Program-made: the position numbers and the translations under genes
Notes under the pieces: model-generated
Databases searched by the model: none
Told to the model about the DNA's origin: nothing
What the model saw: only the letters and a program-made list of their open reading frames with translations
Source of the DNA: Candidatus Altimarinota bacterium
GTDB taxonomy: Bacteria > Patescibacteriota > Gracilibacteria > CAIRYL01 > GCA-016699755
DNA: 64,000 nt
Direction: 5' to 3'
Assembly (NCBI GenBank): GCA_963664295.1
Contig: OY760935.1
Coordinates: forward strand, 1,151,431-1,215,430
Shown: positions 29,210 to 39,486 of the stretch, one piece after another
How positions within the stretch are numbered: position 1 is the first letter of the stretch
How the letters are laid out: every line of letters begins with the position of its first letter

Positions 29210-30919
29210 GTGAAAAACAATGAAATAGCAGATGAATTTGATCAATTTGCAGAAATTTTAGAATTTCAAGGTAAAGAAAAAGACCTCTTTCGCATTCGGT
29301 CATACAGACGAGGTGCGCAAATTTTGCGTAATTTGCCGGAAGCAATAGACAAAATATCTTTTAAAGAGCTCATAAAGATTAGCGGAATTGGTGAAGGATT
29401 GGCGCATAAAATCATTGAATATACAGAAAAAGGCAAAATTTATGAATTTGAAGATGAGTATAAAAAAATTCCTCCAGGGATTTTTGAGTTAATGAAAATC
29501 CCAACATTAGGGCCAAAAAGAATGAAATTGCTTTATGATTCTTTAAATATTACTGATCCTGCAGAATTAAAAACAGCAATTGAAAAAGGTGAAGTGCAAA
29601 AATTGCCTACTTTTGGCGAAAAAAGTGCTCAAAAACTGCTTTGGGGATTAGAAATTTATTCAGGAATTACCGAAAGAGTGCCCAGAGGAGCGGTTTACGG
29701 ACTTGCTTATAGAATTTTAAATAAAATGCAGGCACAAAAATTTGTAAAAAAAGCAGAAATTGCTGGCTCTTTTCGCAGAGGAGCGGACACAGTGCATGAT
29801 TTAGATTTTTTGGCTACTGGTGATGCGGAAAAAATAATAGAATTTTTTTGCTCTCTTGAAGATGTAGCAGAGGTGATGTCTAGAGGCACAACAAAAGTTA
29901 GTGTTTTATTAAAAAACAATTTACCTGCCGACTTGCGCGTAGTTTCTGAGGATATTTGGGGCAGTGGTTTGCAACATTTCACAGGTTCAAAAAATCATAA
30001 TGTTCACATTCGATCTAGAGCAAAAAAAATGGGATTAAAAATATCCGAATGGGGAGTTTTTAAAAGAGACAAAGTAATAGCAGGTAAAACCGAAGAAGAA
30101 GTATATAAAGCAGTAGGTTTGCCTTGGTTTCCGCCGGAAATTCGTGAAGATAGTGGAGAATTTCAAAAAGCAAAAGAAAATAAATTACCAAAATTAATTG
30201 AAGAAAAAGATATAAAAGGTGACCTACATTTACATAGTGTTTTTTCTGATGGCAATTCCACTATCGAAGAAATAGCCAAAAAAGCAATAAAAAGAAAATA
30301 TGAATACATTGCTATTACTGATCACTCTCAAGCATTAGCTTATATTGCCAATGGACTTGACGAAAAACGTTTAATAGAACAAAAGAAAGAGATTGAAAGA
30401 GTTCAAAAATTATATCCACAAATTAAGATTTTTTGGGGCACAGAATGCGATATTCTTAAAGATGGCTCTTTGGATTTTCCTGATAAAATTTTAAAAAATT
30501 TTGATTTCGTAATTGCTTCTATACATAGCGGATTATATGGTGATCAGACAAAACGAACTATGAAAGCACTACAAAATCCTTATATCAATGTATTAGGTCA
30601 TCCAACTGGTCGCCGTTTTGGTTATCGAGAAGAAGTGCCTGCAGATTACTCAAAAATTTTCAAAGAATGTGTAATAAGAAATATAGCCTTGGAAATAAAC
30701 TCAACCTTTGATCGTCTTGATTTGCGCAGTGAGCTTGCCAGAGAAGCAGTTTACGATTATGGAGCAAAAATAATTATCAATACAGATTCTCATGTAGCAG
30801 AAAAAATGGACGATATTCATTTTGGTGTCACAGTTGCTCGCAGAGCCTGGCTAGAAAAAAAGCATGTAATAAACACGCTTTCTTTAAAACAATTTGAAAA
30901 ATTTATTAAGAAAAATTAG
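29210..30919 (+). CDS. polX: DNA polymerase X with PHP exonuclease domain
   Basis: HhH motifs, AGSFRRG..HDLDFL, ADLR, HFTGSKNHN; PHP motifs GDLHLHS..SDG, ITDHS, GHPTGR, INTDSH. Confidence 0.95.
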   Translation: MKNNEIADEFDQFAEILEFQGKEKDLFRIRSYRRGAQILRNLPEAIDKISFKELIKISGIGEGLAHKIIEYTEKGKIYEFEDEYKKIPPGIFELMKIPTLGPKRMKLLYDSLNITDPAELKTAIEKGEVQKLPTFGEKSAQKLLWGLEIYSGITERVPRGAVYGLAYRILNKMQAQKFVKKAEIAGSFRRGADTVHDLDFLATGDAEKIIEFFCSLEDVAEVMSRGTTKVSVLLKNNLPADLRVVSEDIWGSGLQHFTGSKNHNVHIRSRAKKMGLKISEWGVFKRDKVIAGKTEEEVYKAVGLPWFPPEIREDSGEFQKAKENKLPKLIEEKDIKGDLHLHSVFSDGNSTIEEIAKKAIKRKYEYIAITDHSQALAYIANGLDEKRLIEQKKEIERVQKLYPQIKIFWGTECDILKDGSLDFPDKILKNFDFVIASIHSGLYGDQTKRTMKALQNPYINVLGHPTGRRFGYREEVPADYSKIFKECVIRNIALEINSTFDRLDLRSELAREAVYDYGAKIIINTDSHVAEKMDDIHFGVTVARRAWLEKKHVINTLSLKQFEKFIKKN

Positions 30920-31536
30920 CCAAGCTCTCGGCCAATTTTATCAATAATATCAAGACATTCACCAATTCTTTCATTTTCTGGTTCTATAGTGATTGCTTTT
31001 TCTAATAATATTCTTGCTTTGTTTACTTTTTTGTCTTCTAGGTAGCAAACTCCAAGATCGCAAAGCACGGTAGGACTGTCTGGGTCTATGTGTAGGGCTC
31101 TTTCTAGTATTGCAAGTCCGCGATTTTTCTCTCCTTTATGAAAAAGACCCCAACCAAGACAGCGTAAAATTTCCGGATTATTTGGATCATGATCATTAGC
31201 AATATCAAGATACTTAATGGCTGTTTCCCAATTTTCATCATAGAGACTTAAAAAGCCAACAACATGATTTGCTTCAGAATTATTTTCATCAATTGTTAAA
31301 ATATAATCAGCACATTTTTTTGCTTTTTCGCTTTCACCCAAAGAAAGAAAGTTGTTTGCTATTTCAGAAATTGCTTCAACACACTGAGGGTCATCTATAA
31401 TAATTTTTTCCAAAGTTTTTACTGCTTCATCATGTTTGCCAGCAATTTTTAGTTTTTCAGACCGACAAAGAAGCTCAATAGCCCTTTTGGAAAGCGCTTT
31501 TCTTGAGTGCTTTGCTCTTAGTGTTTTTTCTGTCAT
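30916..31536 (-). CDS. Tetratricopeptide repeat protein
   Basis: Repeated A....DP.N.E....LG pattern. Confidence 0.88.
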   Translation of the reverse strand: MTEKTLRAKHSRKALSKRAIELLCRSEKLKIAGKHDEAVKTLEKIIIDDPQCVEAISEIANNFLSLGESEKAKKCADYILTIDENNSEANHVVGFLSLYDENWETAIKYLDIANDHDPNNPEILRCLGWGLFHKGEKNRGLAILERALHIDPDSPTVLCDLGVCYLEDKKVNKARILLEKAITIEPENERIGECLDIIDKIGRELG

Positions 31537-31615
31537 TTTATTTTTAAATCAAATCCTATTATTCTCTCATATTTTTAAAGATTTGACCAGGTTTTTATAT
31601 TGACACAAAAACAGT

Positions 31616-32482
31616 TTAATTACCTAGCTTAGATTTCAAGAAAGCCTTGAAATCATCTTTTAAATCATCTCTTTCAAGCGCAGAATCCACAACAGCCTGC
31701 AAAAAACCAAGTTTACTGCCTGTGTCAAAACGCTCTCCCTTAATCTTTTTGCCAAAAATTGCTCTTGTTTCAGACAGCTTAATAAATCCGTCAATCAATC
31801 TTAGCTCTCCATCTTTACTTCTTTTTGCTTTTTTAAGTGCATCAAATATTTCTGGAGTACAGACATATTGACCAATAATAGCTAAATTAGAAGGTGCTTC
31901 TTTAATGCTTGGTTTTTCAACCATATCAAGAATTTCAAAACTATCACTATTGCTTTTTGGTTTAACAATTCCAAACCTAGGAATATCTTGTTCCAGCACT
32001 TCTTGAACTCCTATTACAGAGCTTTGTTCTCGTTCATAAGTTTCTATTAGTTGTTTTGGTGCGGGTGTTTTATATTTAATAATATCATCACCAAAAATTA
32101 CACAAAAAGGTTCATCGCCAACAACAGATTCAGCCTGTAAAATAGCATCACCATCACCTTTTGGTTCAGGTTGACGCACAAAAACAAATTTAGCTAAGTT
32201 TTCCATTTTTTTAGCTAATTTTAATTCTTCTTTTTTATTTTTTTTCTCCAAAAGATACTCAAGCTCAAAACAAGTGTCAAAATGATCTTCTATTGCTCTT
32301 TTTCCACGCCCAGTAATAAGAATTATCTCTTCTATGCCACTTTTATTAGCTTCTTCAGCAAGAATTTGAATTACTGGCTTATCTACAATAGGTAGCATTT
32401 CCTTTGGAATTGCCTTTGTAAAGGGTAGAAATCTTGTGCCAAAACCGGCAACAGGGAATATTGCTTTTTTAACTTTTTTCAT
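31616..32482 (-). CDS. galU: UTP-glucose-1-phosphate uridylyltransferase
   Basis: KAIFPVAGFGTRFLPFTKAIPKEMLPIVDKP, VRQPEPKG, VEKP, RFDTGSKLG. Confidence 0.95.
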   Translation of the reverse strand: MKKVKKAIFPVAGFGTRFLPFTKAIPKEMLPIVDKPVIQILAEEANKSGIEEIILITGRGKRAIEDHFDTCFELEYLLEKKNKKEELKLAKKMENLAKFVFVRQPEPKGDGDAILQAESVVGDEPFCVIFGDDIIKYKTPAPKQLIETYEREQSSVIGVQEVLEQDIPRFGIVKPKSNSDSFEILDMVEKPSIKEAPSNLAIIGQYVCTPEIFDALKKAKRSKDGELRLIDGFIKLSETRAIFGKKIKGERFDTGSKLGFLQAVVDSALERDDLKDDFKAFLKSKLGN

Positions 32483-32526
32483 AGTAAAAAAATTTTCTCA
32501 ATTACAAGAGTTAATGTAAAGAGATT

Positions 32527-32691
32527 TTATCTATCAGCATTAAGATCGTCTATCCTTTCCATTAAGAGTGTAAAATCATCTCTGCAACTCATTTCTTCTT
32601 CTGCTTCTAGTCCGCTTAGATTTCCTCGAAGCACTTCTCTTTCAAGATCAGGAGCAATAGGTTGTTCTATAGTGTCTGGATTTTCTTTCAT
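32527..32691 (-). CDS. 54 aa acidic orphan peptide (below the ORF-track cutoff)
   Basis: Hand-translated MKENPDTIEQPIAPDLEREVLRGNLSGLEAEEEMSCRDDFTLLMERIDDLNADR. Fills the hsp20-galU gap; TTGACA upstream at 32747-32752. Confidence 0.6.
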   Translation of the reverse strand: MKENPDTIEQPIAPDLEREVLRGNLSGLEAEEEMSCRDDFTLLMERIDDLNADR

Positions 32692-32752
32692 TTTTTAAAA
32701 AATAGAGGAAAAGATTTTTCCCTATTTCTTATTTATTGTCAAGATTTGTTTT

Positions 32753-33172
32753 TTAACTTAATTCCACAGGAATTTTTTTAGATTTTGCTTTTTTTGCCTT
32801 TGGTACTGCAATAACAAGCACGTTTTTTTTCATTTTTGCCTTAATATCAGCAGAATTTACAGCACTAGGAAGAACAATAGAGCGAGAAAAAGTTCCCCAA
32901 AAACATTCTTCAGTAAAAAAGTTATTTGGTTTTGGTAGTTTTTCTGGAAAATTGCGCTTTCCACGAACAGTAAGTACGTCCTCAGAAACAGTAATTTCTA
33001 CTTCATTTGGCTCCACGCCAGCCATAGGAGCAACTACAAAAAGAGTATCCTCAGTATCAAAAATATCTAGAGCAAGTCTGCCCTCATTTTCATCAAGTTC
33101 TACATTATCATGTTCATCAGAAGGAATATGAAAAGTAGCATCTTTGTTTTTTGTTTCTGCGTCTATTGCCAT
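32753..33172 (-). CDS. Hsp20/alpha-crystallin small heat shock protein
   Basis: LDIFDTED..VVAPMAGV..EITV..LTVRG, ECFWGTFSRSIVLP, NVLVIAVPK. Confidence 0.93.
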   Translation of the reverse strand: MAIDAETKNKDATFHIPSDEHDNVELDENEGRLALDIFDTEDTLFVVAPMAGVEPNEVEITVSEDVLTVRGKRNFPEKLPKPNNFFTEECFWGTFSRSIVLPSAVNSADIKAKMKKNVLVIAVPKAKKAKSKKIPVELS

Positions 33173-33260
33173 TTTCTTATAAAGAAAAATCTTTTATCAG
33201 CTTCTCATAAATATTATTAAATTGCAAAAAAATAGCGTGTTATGGCTAAAAACATTATTT

Positions 33261-34352
33261 TTAGCTAATTTGATCAAGAATTTTAAAAATTTGCTCATGG
33301 TCTTCACTAGTGTGCGCTAAAAAATTAGCAATACGAAAAGTATATGGCTTTGTTTTGCCATATCCTCCGGCAAGAAAAATACCTGCTTCAGCACATTGAT
33401 TTTTTGCTTGAGCGATTTTGTCTTCATCTCCTTTTACAACAACTACGGTATCACTGCGAAAATCAGAATTTTGCACAAAAGGCTCAAAATAAGGGTGATT
33501 ATCAAAATAACCCCAAATTTTTTGTGCTTTTTCTTTATTTTTTTCTGCACAAGTTGCAAGATTGCCGATATTTTTTTTTATGCGCTCCAAAACTTTGCCC
33601 AATAAAGCAATTTGCATTACTGGAGGAGTTTCTGAGGTTTGATATTTTTCATCCATTTTTTTCCACATAGCTGGCAAAGAGTGAAAAGTGCCTATATCTC
33701 CGCCTTGCTCTTGTTTTTGTTTAGCTTTTTCAAAAAAACGAGGGGAGCAAATAAAAACTCCCAAACCTGATGGAATTCCAAAGCATTTTTGCACAGAAAA
33801 AATAAAGCAATCAGTGTTATTTAAATCATAATCCACAGCGCCAGCACAACTAGTTGCATCAACACACAAAAGTTGGTCAGGAAATTTTTTGCGCAAATCA
33901 GCAAGTTCCTCTGGCGCAAACATTGCGCCAGTAGAAGTTTCGTTGGCAGTTATAAAAAGAGCTTCAGAGTCTTTAGTAATTTCTATCTCACTTATTTTAT
34001 GCCTGTCACCAAATTCTTTTTCTAACAATTCAACATCAAAACCAAGTTCTTTGCTCATTTTGTACCACTTTTGCCCAAAGGCACCTTGTGCTACATGGCT
34101 TGCCTTTTTTTCAATAGCATGACGCACAGCCATTTCCATTGCTTCTGAGGCAGAGCTGGTATAAAAAACATAATAATTTTCCGGTATTTTTAAAAATTTT
34201 TTCAAAGAAAGAATTGTATTTTTGCTCATTTCTGAGAAATCAGGACTTCTGTGAGATTTTTCCAATATTCCGCTTTCGGCAATAGACTTAATATCATCAG
34301 CTATGCCTGGAAATAGAGCAGAAGGACCAACAGAAAAATTTTTAATATTCAT
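33261..34352 (-). CDS. serC: Phosphoserine aminotransferase (class V PLP enzyme)
   Basis: NFSVGPS, SHRS, NETSTG, DATS, SVQKCFG, ETPP. Directly downstream of serA. Confidence 0.85.
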   Translation of the reverse strand: MNIKNFSVGPSALFPGIADDIKSIAESGILEKSHRSPDFSEMSKNTILSLKKFLKIPENYYVFYTSSASEAMEMAVRHAIEKKASHVAQGAFGQKWYKMSKELGFDVELLEKEFGDRHKISEIEITKDSEALFITANETSTGAMFAPEELADLRKKFPDQLLCVDATSCAGAVDYDLNNTDCFIFSVQKCFGIPSGLGVFICSPRFFEKAKQKQEQGGDIGTFHSLPAMWKKMDEKYQTSETPPVMQIALLGKVLERIKKNIGNLATCAEKNKEKAQKIWGYFDNHPYFEPFVQNSDFRSDTVVVVKGDEDKIAQAKNQCAEAGIFLAGGYGKTKPYTFRIANFLAHTSEDHEQIFKILDQIS

Positions 34353-34356
34353 ATTT

Positions 34357-35571
34357 TTAAGATAAAAAATAGCATTTAATTGTTTGTGGAATTGCTTTTA
34401 ATTCCTTAAGTATTTTTTCAGTTTTTCCAGATTCAATATCTGTCACAACATAACCAATGTTTTTTGATGTATTTAAAAATTGAGAAGCAATATTTATTCC
34501 TTGTTTTTCAAATACAGAGTTGATTTTTGCCAATATTCCTGGTGAATTTTTGTGAATATGAAGAAATCTACTTGTGTTTTGGTGGGGTGGAAGCATTATT
34601 TTTGGAAAATTAATCGCATCTGCTGTTTTGCCAGTAGTAATAAAATCAATTAACTTATTAGCAACTTCTTTGGCTATTCCTGTTTGTGCTTCTGCGGTTG
34701 ATCCGCCTATATGTGGAGTGAGTAAAGCATTTGGATATTTTGCATAAGGAGTTTTTAATTCTTCGGTTGGAGATTTTGGCTCTTTGATATATACATCAGT
34801 TGCAAAACCACCAAGTTTACCAGATTTTAAGGCTTTGCAAACCGCTTTATCATCAACAATATCGCCTCTGCTGGTATTTATTAGTAAGGCTCCATCTTTC
34901 ATTTGGGAAATTGTTTCATCATTGATCATGCCTTGAGTGGAAGGCAGGCTAGGCACATGAAGAGTGATTACATCTGCTTCTTTTAGCACTCCTTTGATTG
35001 TGCTTTTGCGTTTTGCATTGCCAAGTGGAAGCACATTAGCAACATCATAAAAAACAACATTCATACCCAAAGCCTCCGCCATAAGTCCAACTTGTGAGCC
35101 AATATTAGAAAAGCCAATAATACCAATTGTTTTTTCTCTTATTTCTTGACCATCTACTTTTTTTAGCCATTGTCCCGCATGTGCACCCAAGTTTTTTTCG
35201 TGAATTTTGCGGAAAAGAGATAAAGTAAAGGCAATAGTAAGTTCAGCAACAGAGCGAGTGGAAGAAAAAGGTCCATGAAAAACAGGAATTCCTGTTTTTT
35301 CTGCTTCTTCAAGGTCAACTTTATTAACACCAACAATAAAACAACCAATTGCTTTTAAGTTTTTTGCTTTTTTAAATAAATCTTTTTTTAGCCAAGTGCG
35401 CGAACGAACACCAAGTATTGCCACATCTTCAATTTTTTTCATTAATTCTTCTTCAGGTATAGCACTTGGAAGAAGTTCAATGTTTTTAAAGCCAGCTTTT
35501 TTAAGCATATCCACTGCTTTTTGATTGATGTTTTCGAGGAGTAAAACTTTTTCGTTTTTAATTTTTTGCAT
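34357..35571 (-). CDS. serA: D-3-phosphoglycerate dehydrogenase with ACT domain
   Basis: GVRSRT, TRSVAEL, LINTSRG, TPHIGGSTAEAQ, C-terminal HIHKNSPGILAKIN. Confidence 0.95.
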   Translation of the reverse strand: MQKIKNEKVLLLENINQKAVDMLKKAGFKNIELLPSAIPEEELMKKIEDVAILGVRSRTWLKKDLFKKAKNLKAIGCFIVGVNKVDLEEAEKTGIPVFHGPFSSTRSVAELTIAFTLSLFRKIHEKNLGAHAGQWLKKVDGQEIREKTIGIIGFSNIGSQVGLMAEALGMNVVFYDVANVLPLGNAKRKSTIKGVLKEADVITLHVPSLPSTQGMINDETISQMKDGALLINTSRGDIVDDKAVCKALKSGKLGGFATDVYIKEPKSPTEELKTPYAKYPNALLTPHIGGSTAEAQTGIAKEVANKLIDFITTGKTADAINFPKIMLPPHQNTSRFLHIHKNSPGILAKINSVFEKQGINIASQFLNTSKNIGYVVTDIESGKTEKILKELKAIPQTIKCYFLS

Positions 35572-35598
35572 AAATTTATTTAAAAAATTAGTTAATGA

Positions 35599-36267
35599 CT
35601 AAATAAGAATTTGTTTGATTATTTTTTCTAAGTCATGGGTGTTTTTTGCTAAAAAACTTGCATTATTTATGATTATTTCTCTTTGAGCATGTTCTATATA
35701 GCCAATAAAAAAATCAGCAATTTCATCAAGAGTAGCTAAGTCTGTTGCTCCATCGCCAATCATAATAATTTTTCTTTTTTTATTTGGCATTAGTTCTTTT
35801 ATTGCTTCTGTTTTTGAATTTTGTATTTTGCTTTTTTTGGGCTCGTATTTGCCATTTTTATCAAGTGCAAAAAAGCTACTTTTTCTTTTTTTGATACCTA
35901 ATTTTTTTGCTAATGGTTTAATGAGAAAATCTGGTCCTCCGCTAACAACAAAAATTTCATGGCCTTGTTTTTGTAATTTTTTTATTAACTCTTTTATTCC
36001 TTGGGTTAATCTTTGTTCGCATATTTCTAAGCTTTTTTGAATATCTTTTTCATTTACATTAGGCAAAAGTGCCATTCTTTGTTCCACGCTTTCTTGAAGA
36101 GTAATTTTGCCTTCCATTCCCAAATTGGTGATTTTTTCAATTTCAAAAAAAACCTCTTTTTGTTTTTTGAAAGGGGTTTTTTGGAGCAATATTTCAGCAA
36201 GTATTTCCAGCGATTCTTCGCTTATTACAGTGCTATCAACATCGAAAACAATATTCGCTTTCTCCAT
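35599..36267 (-). CDS. serB: HAD-IB phosphoserine phosphatase
   Basis: FDVDST, ITNLGMEG, VVSGG, IGDGATD. First gene of the ser operon. Confidence 0.85.
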   Translation of the reverse strand: MEKANIVFDVDSTVISEESLEILAEILLQKTPFKKQKEVFFEIEKITNLGMEGKITLQESVEQRMALLPNVNEKDIQKSLEICEQRLTQGIKELIKKLQKQGHEIFVVSGGPDFLIKPLAKKLGIKKRKSSFFALDKNGKYEPKKSKIQNSKTEAIKELMPNKKRKIIMIGDGATDLATLDEIADFFIGYIEHAQREIIINNASFLAKNTHDLEKIIKQILI

Positions 36268-36305
36268 GTGTAGAGTGTACACTCACTTGTTTATTTTTGG
36301 CAATC

Positions 36306-36470
36306 TTAATTTTTTTCTATTGCTTCCGTTAAGCTAGTAATTGCTATTTGAGTCCAAATAGCTGTTTTCATTACCTCTTGGTCTAGTTGGTGAAACAGGT
36401 CTAGCAATATTAAGGCTTGAGTGTCTTCAGGTTCTTCTGAGTGCATCAATCTATTAACAAGAGATTCCAT
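36306..36470 (-). CDS. 54 aa helical orphan peptide (below the ORF-track cutoff)
   Basis: Hand-translated MESLVNRLMHSEEPEDTQALILLDLFHQLDQEVMKTAIWTQIAITSLTEAIEKN. TTGACA upstream at 36516-36521. Confidence 0.55.
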   Translation of the reverse strand: MESLVNRLMHSEEPEDTQALILLDLFHQLDQEVMKTAIWTQIAITSLTEAIEKN

Positions 36471-36560
36471 AAATCAACATAAAAAGGTTTACTAATTTAA
36501 CGTTTTATTTTTATTTGTCAATTTAATTGGGTATAATTTGAAAGATTTTTTGTTTTTTTA

Positions 36561-37160
36561 ATGTTGAAAATTGGAATTTTGGCTTCAGGTGCAGGATCAG
36601 ACTTACCTGCTTTATTTGACGCAGAGATAGAAGGAGTTGAATTTGTAGCTGTAATAAGTAATAAACAAAGCCAAGCGCTAGAAAAAGCAGAAAAATATGG
36701 AATTGATAATTATTTTATAAGCACAAAAGAAAAAACAAGAGAAGAGTTTGAACAAGAAGTAATTAGTATATTAAAAGAAAAAGAAGTTGATTTAATTTTG
36801 ACAATTGGTTTTATGCGAATTCTTACGCCTTTGTTTTTAGATGCTTTTCCTCATGCTATTTTTAATATTCATCCTTCTCTTTTACCTGCTTTTAAAGGAG
36901 GTATGGATAAAGGCGTACATGAATCCGTATTAGAAATGGGATGTAAAGTGACTGGCGCTACTATCCATCTTGTTAATAAAGATGTTGATGGTGGTCCTAT
37001 TGCTATGCAAGATTGTGTTAAAATTGCTTATGACGAAACAGTAGATACCCTAAAAGAAAAAGTGCAAAAATTAGAACAAAAAATGCTGATTAGTTTAGTT
37101 GAAAACTATCGAGATCAAAAAATAATTTTTGAAAATAATTTAATTAAAATTCTCCCATGA
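36561..37160 (+). CDS. purN: Phosphoribosylglycinamide formyltransferase
   Basis: LASGAGS, GFMRIL, NIHPSLLPAFKG, TGATIHLV..VDGGP. Confidence 0.95.
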   Translation: MLKIGILASGAGSDLPALFDAEIEGVEFVAVISNKQSQALEKAEKYGIDNYFISTKEKTREEFEQEVISILKEKEVDLILTIGFMRILTPLFLDAFPHAIFNIHPSLLPAFKGGMDKGVHESVLEMGCKVTGATIHLVNKDVDGGPIAMQDCVKIAYDETVDTLKEKVQKLEQKMLISLVENYRDQKIIFENNLIKILP

Positions 37161-38440
37161 AAGTACGCAATAAAATAATTGCCCGTTTGTTGGAAATAAT
37201 TTTTGATGCAGGATTTGTTTTATTAGCCTTTGTTTTGGCTTTTTATGTGCGCATTGGCGCATTTAAAAGCACTGATTTTCCGTTTGATCCTTATTTTAAA
37301 TTAGCATTATTCATCACTCCTTTATTTATTTTATTATTTATCTGGAGCGGACTTTATTCTTTTAGTTCCAAAAATTTATTCCAAAAATTACATGCTATTT
37401 CTTTTTCTGCCTTAGTGGGAAGCATGGCCTTTGTTTTGATTTTCTTTTTTAATAGAGAAGTTTTCTTTTCACGCGCTATTGTTTTGTTTGTTTTTTTGTT
37501 TTCTACTTTTTTTGTTTGGATTTTTCACGCGCTTTTATTTTTTTACCGCAGAAATAAATGGAAAAAAGGTAAAAATATTCATAACACACTAATTATTGGT
37601 GCTAATCGGGCAACAGAAAAGGTAATAAAGAATTTAAAAAATAAAACAGAATATTTTCCGGTCGCCATTCTTGCTCCTTATGGCTCAAAAAAGAAGGAAA
37701 TTTTAGGAATACCTGTTGTAGGTAAGCTTGATGCTTTGGAAAAAACTGTAGAAAATTATCAAATTGACGAAATTATTCAGTGTGATGCAGTTGAACAAAG
37801 TCTTAATCTTATTGCTTTTGCTGAGGGTAAATTTTTGGGCTTTAAAATTGCCCCTGAGGTTTTGGGTGCTTTTCACAAAAACATAGAACCGGAAAAAATA
37901 AGCTCTGTTAGCTTTTTGTCTCTTAATCTTTCTCCACTTTTTGGCTGGGGTCAGTTTTTTAAACGCATTTTTGATATTTTATTTTCTGTTTTATTTTTAC
38001 CTTTTTTATTAGTTATTTACTTAATTAAGCGACCATTTGGTAAAGTTTTTGCAACAGAAAAAAGAGCAAGAGGTTTTGATGATGAATTTAATATGTTGAG
38101 ATTTAGCGACAATGGAGCGCTTGGGAAGTTTTTTAAAAAAACATACTTACTTGATTTACCTGCTTTTTGGAATGTTTTTAAGGGAGAAATGAGTGTTATT
38201 GGGCCTAGACCTTCTACTATTAAAGACAGAGAAAATTATCCGCTTCATTTTCGCAGAAGACTAATCCTTAAGCCAGGTATCACTGGTGCTTGGCAACTTG
38301 CCAAAATGCAAGGAGCAGAGGACGACACTCTTTTAATGCTGGAAAAAGATTTAAATTATATTCATGGTTGGAATTTTGGATTAGATTTAAAGATATTGTT
38401 TAAAAGTTTTTATTTAGTTTTAAAAAAAGTTTTTAAATGA
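37157..38440 (+). CDS. Polyprenyl-phosphate sugar phosphotransferase (WcaJ/WbaP-like)
   Basis: Four N-terminal TMs, CoA-binding-like domain, KRIFDI, NVFKGEMSVIGPRP, KPGITGAWQ, DLNYI..DLKIL. Confidence 0.9.
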   Translation: MKVRNKIIARLLEIIFDAGFVLLAFVLAFYVRIGAFKSTDFPFDPYFKLALFITPLFILLFIWSGLYSFSSKNLFQKLHAISFSALVGSMAFVLIFFFNREVFFSRAIVLFVFLFSTFFVWIFHALLFFYRRNKWKKGKNIHNTLIIGANRATEKVIKNLKNKTEYFPVAILAPYGSKKKEILGIPVVGKLDALEKTVENYQIDEIIQCDAVEQSLNLIAFAEGKFLGFKIAPEVLGAFHKNIEPEKISSVSFLSLNLSPLFGWGQFFKRIFDILFSVLFLPFLLVIYLIKRPFGKVFATEKRARGFDDEFNMLRFSDNGALGKFFKKTYLLDLPAFWNVFKGEMSVIGPRPSTIKDRENYPLHFRRRLILKPGITGAWQLAKMQGAEDDTLLMLEKDLNYIHGWNFGLDLKILFKSFYLVLKKVFK

Positions 38441-39384
38441 AGTGCATTATTCTTGCTGGTGGCTTTGCAACACGACTTTGGCCTTTAACAGAAAAAACGC
38501 CAAAACCACTTTTAAATTTGGCAGGTAAGCCACTTCTTTCTCATATTGCAGAAAAAATCCCAGCAGAAGTGGAAATTTTTGTGTCCGTTAATTCTCGTTT
38601 TGCTGATGATTTTGAAAATTGGAAAAAAGATTTTAAAGGCAAAAATAAGGTTAATGTTTTTATTGAAGACGCAAATAATGAAGATGAAAAATTAGGAGCC
38701 CTTTTTTCTGTAGCAACTTGCATAAAAGAAAACAAAATAAATGACGATTTATTATTGGTAGCAGGGGATAATTATTTTGATTTTTCAGTAGAACAATTTA
38801 TAGCTACTTTTGACAAAAGTCCTTTGGTGGCTGTTTTTGATATTCAAAACAAAGAAGAGGCAAAAAAATTTGGCGTTGTTGTTGGTCAAAATGGTGTGGT
38901 GAATAAGTTTATGGAAAAACCGGACAATCCACCTTCGACCTTGGTTTCTACTGGATGCTCCATTATTCCGCAGGAATTATTAAAAAACTTATGTGATTAT
39001 GCAGAAGTTCATCGTGATAACCTTGGTGGTGTTTTTGAGCATTTTTTACAGAAAAAAATTTCTGTTGAATATTTTGCTTTTTCAGAAAAATGGTTTGATA
39101 TTGGTTCTTTTAATGATTTTTTAAGAGCTCATCAACACTTAGTCACAGAAACTGTTTTAGAGGGAGATAATGTAAAGAAAAATAATTGTGAATTTTTAGG
39201 AGCAGTTTTTTTAGGAAAAAATACTGAATTAGATAATGTTTTAATTGAAAATTCAATTATTTTAGATGGTGCAAGGGTGAAAAATAGTGAAATTCGTAAC
39301 TCGGTTGTGGGTCAAAATGCTGTTATTTTTGGTGTTGATTTAAATAAAAAAATAATTCGTGATAAAGCTTTTATAAGCCTTTAA
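38437..39384 (+). CDS. Sugar-phosphate nucleotidyltransferase with left-handed beta-helix tail
   Basis: IILAGGFATRLWPLT..PKPLL, AGDN, EKP, WFDIG, IENSII/IRNSVVG repeats. Confidence 0.9.
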   Translation: MKCIILAGGFATRLWPLTEKTPKPLLNLAGKPLLSHIAEKIPAEVEIFVSVNSRFADDFENWKKDFKGKNKVNVFIEDANNEDEKLGALFSVATCIKENKINDDLLLVAGDNYFDFSVEQFIATFDKSPLVAVFDIQNKEEAKKFGVVVGQNGVVNKFMEKPDNPPSTLVSTGCSIIPQELLKNLCDYAEVHRDNLGGVFEHFLQKKISVEYFAFSEKWFDIGSFNDFLRAHQHLVTETVLEGDNVKKNNCEFLGAVFLGKNTELDNVLIENSIILDGARVKNSEIRNSVVGQNAVIFGVDLNKKIIRDKAFISL

Positions 39385-39451
39385 ATAGGTTTTTTGTTTG
39401 TATAAAAAATATATTCATAAAATATTATTTGTTTATGACAAGTTGTTTTTA

Positions 39452-39480
39452 TTGCCAATAAAATAACTTTTTTGTAAAGT
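39452..39480 (+). promoter_or_regulatory. Sigma70-like promoter upstream of the candidate ncRNA
   Basis: TTGCCA-17 nt-TAAAGT. Confidence 0.55.
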
Positions 39481-39486
39481 GATCTG

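Noticed and set aside
29210-30919. PolX as a catalytically dead variant
   Set aside because: The DxD (HDLDF) and third Asp (ADLR) plus the PHP metal ligands are present, so it appears to be an ordinary active enzyme.
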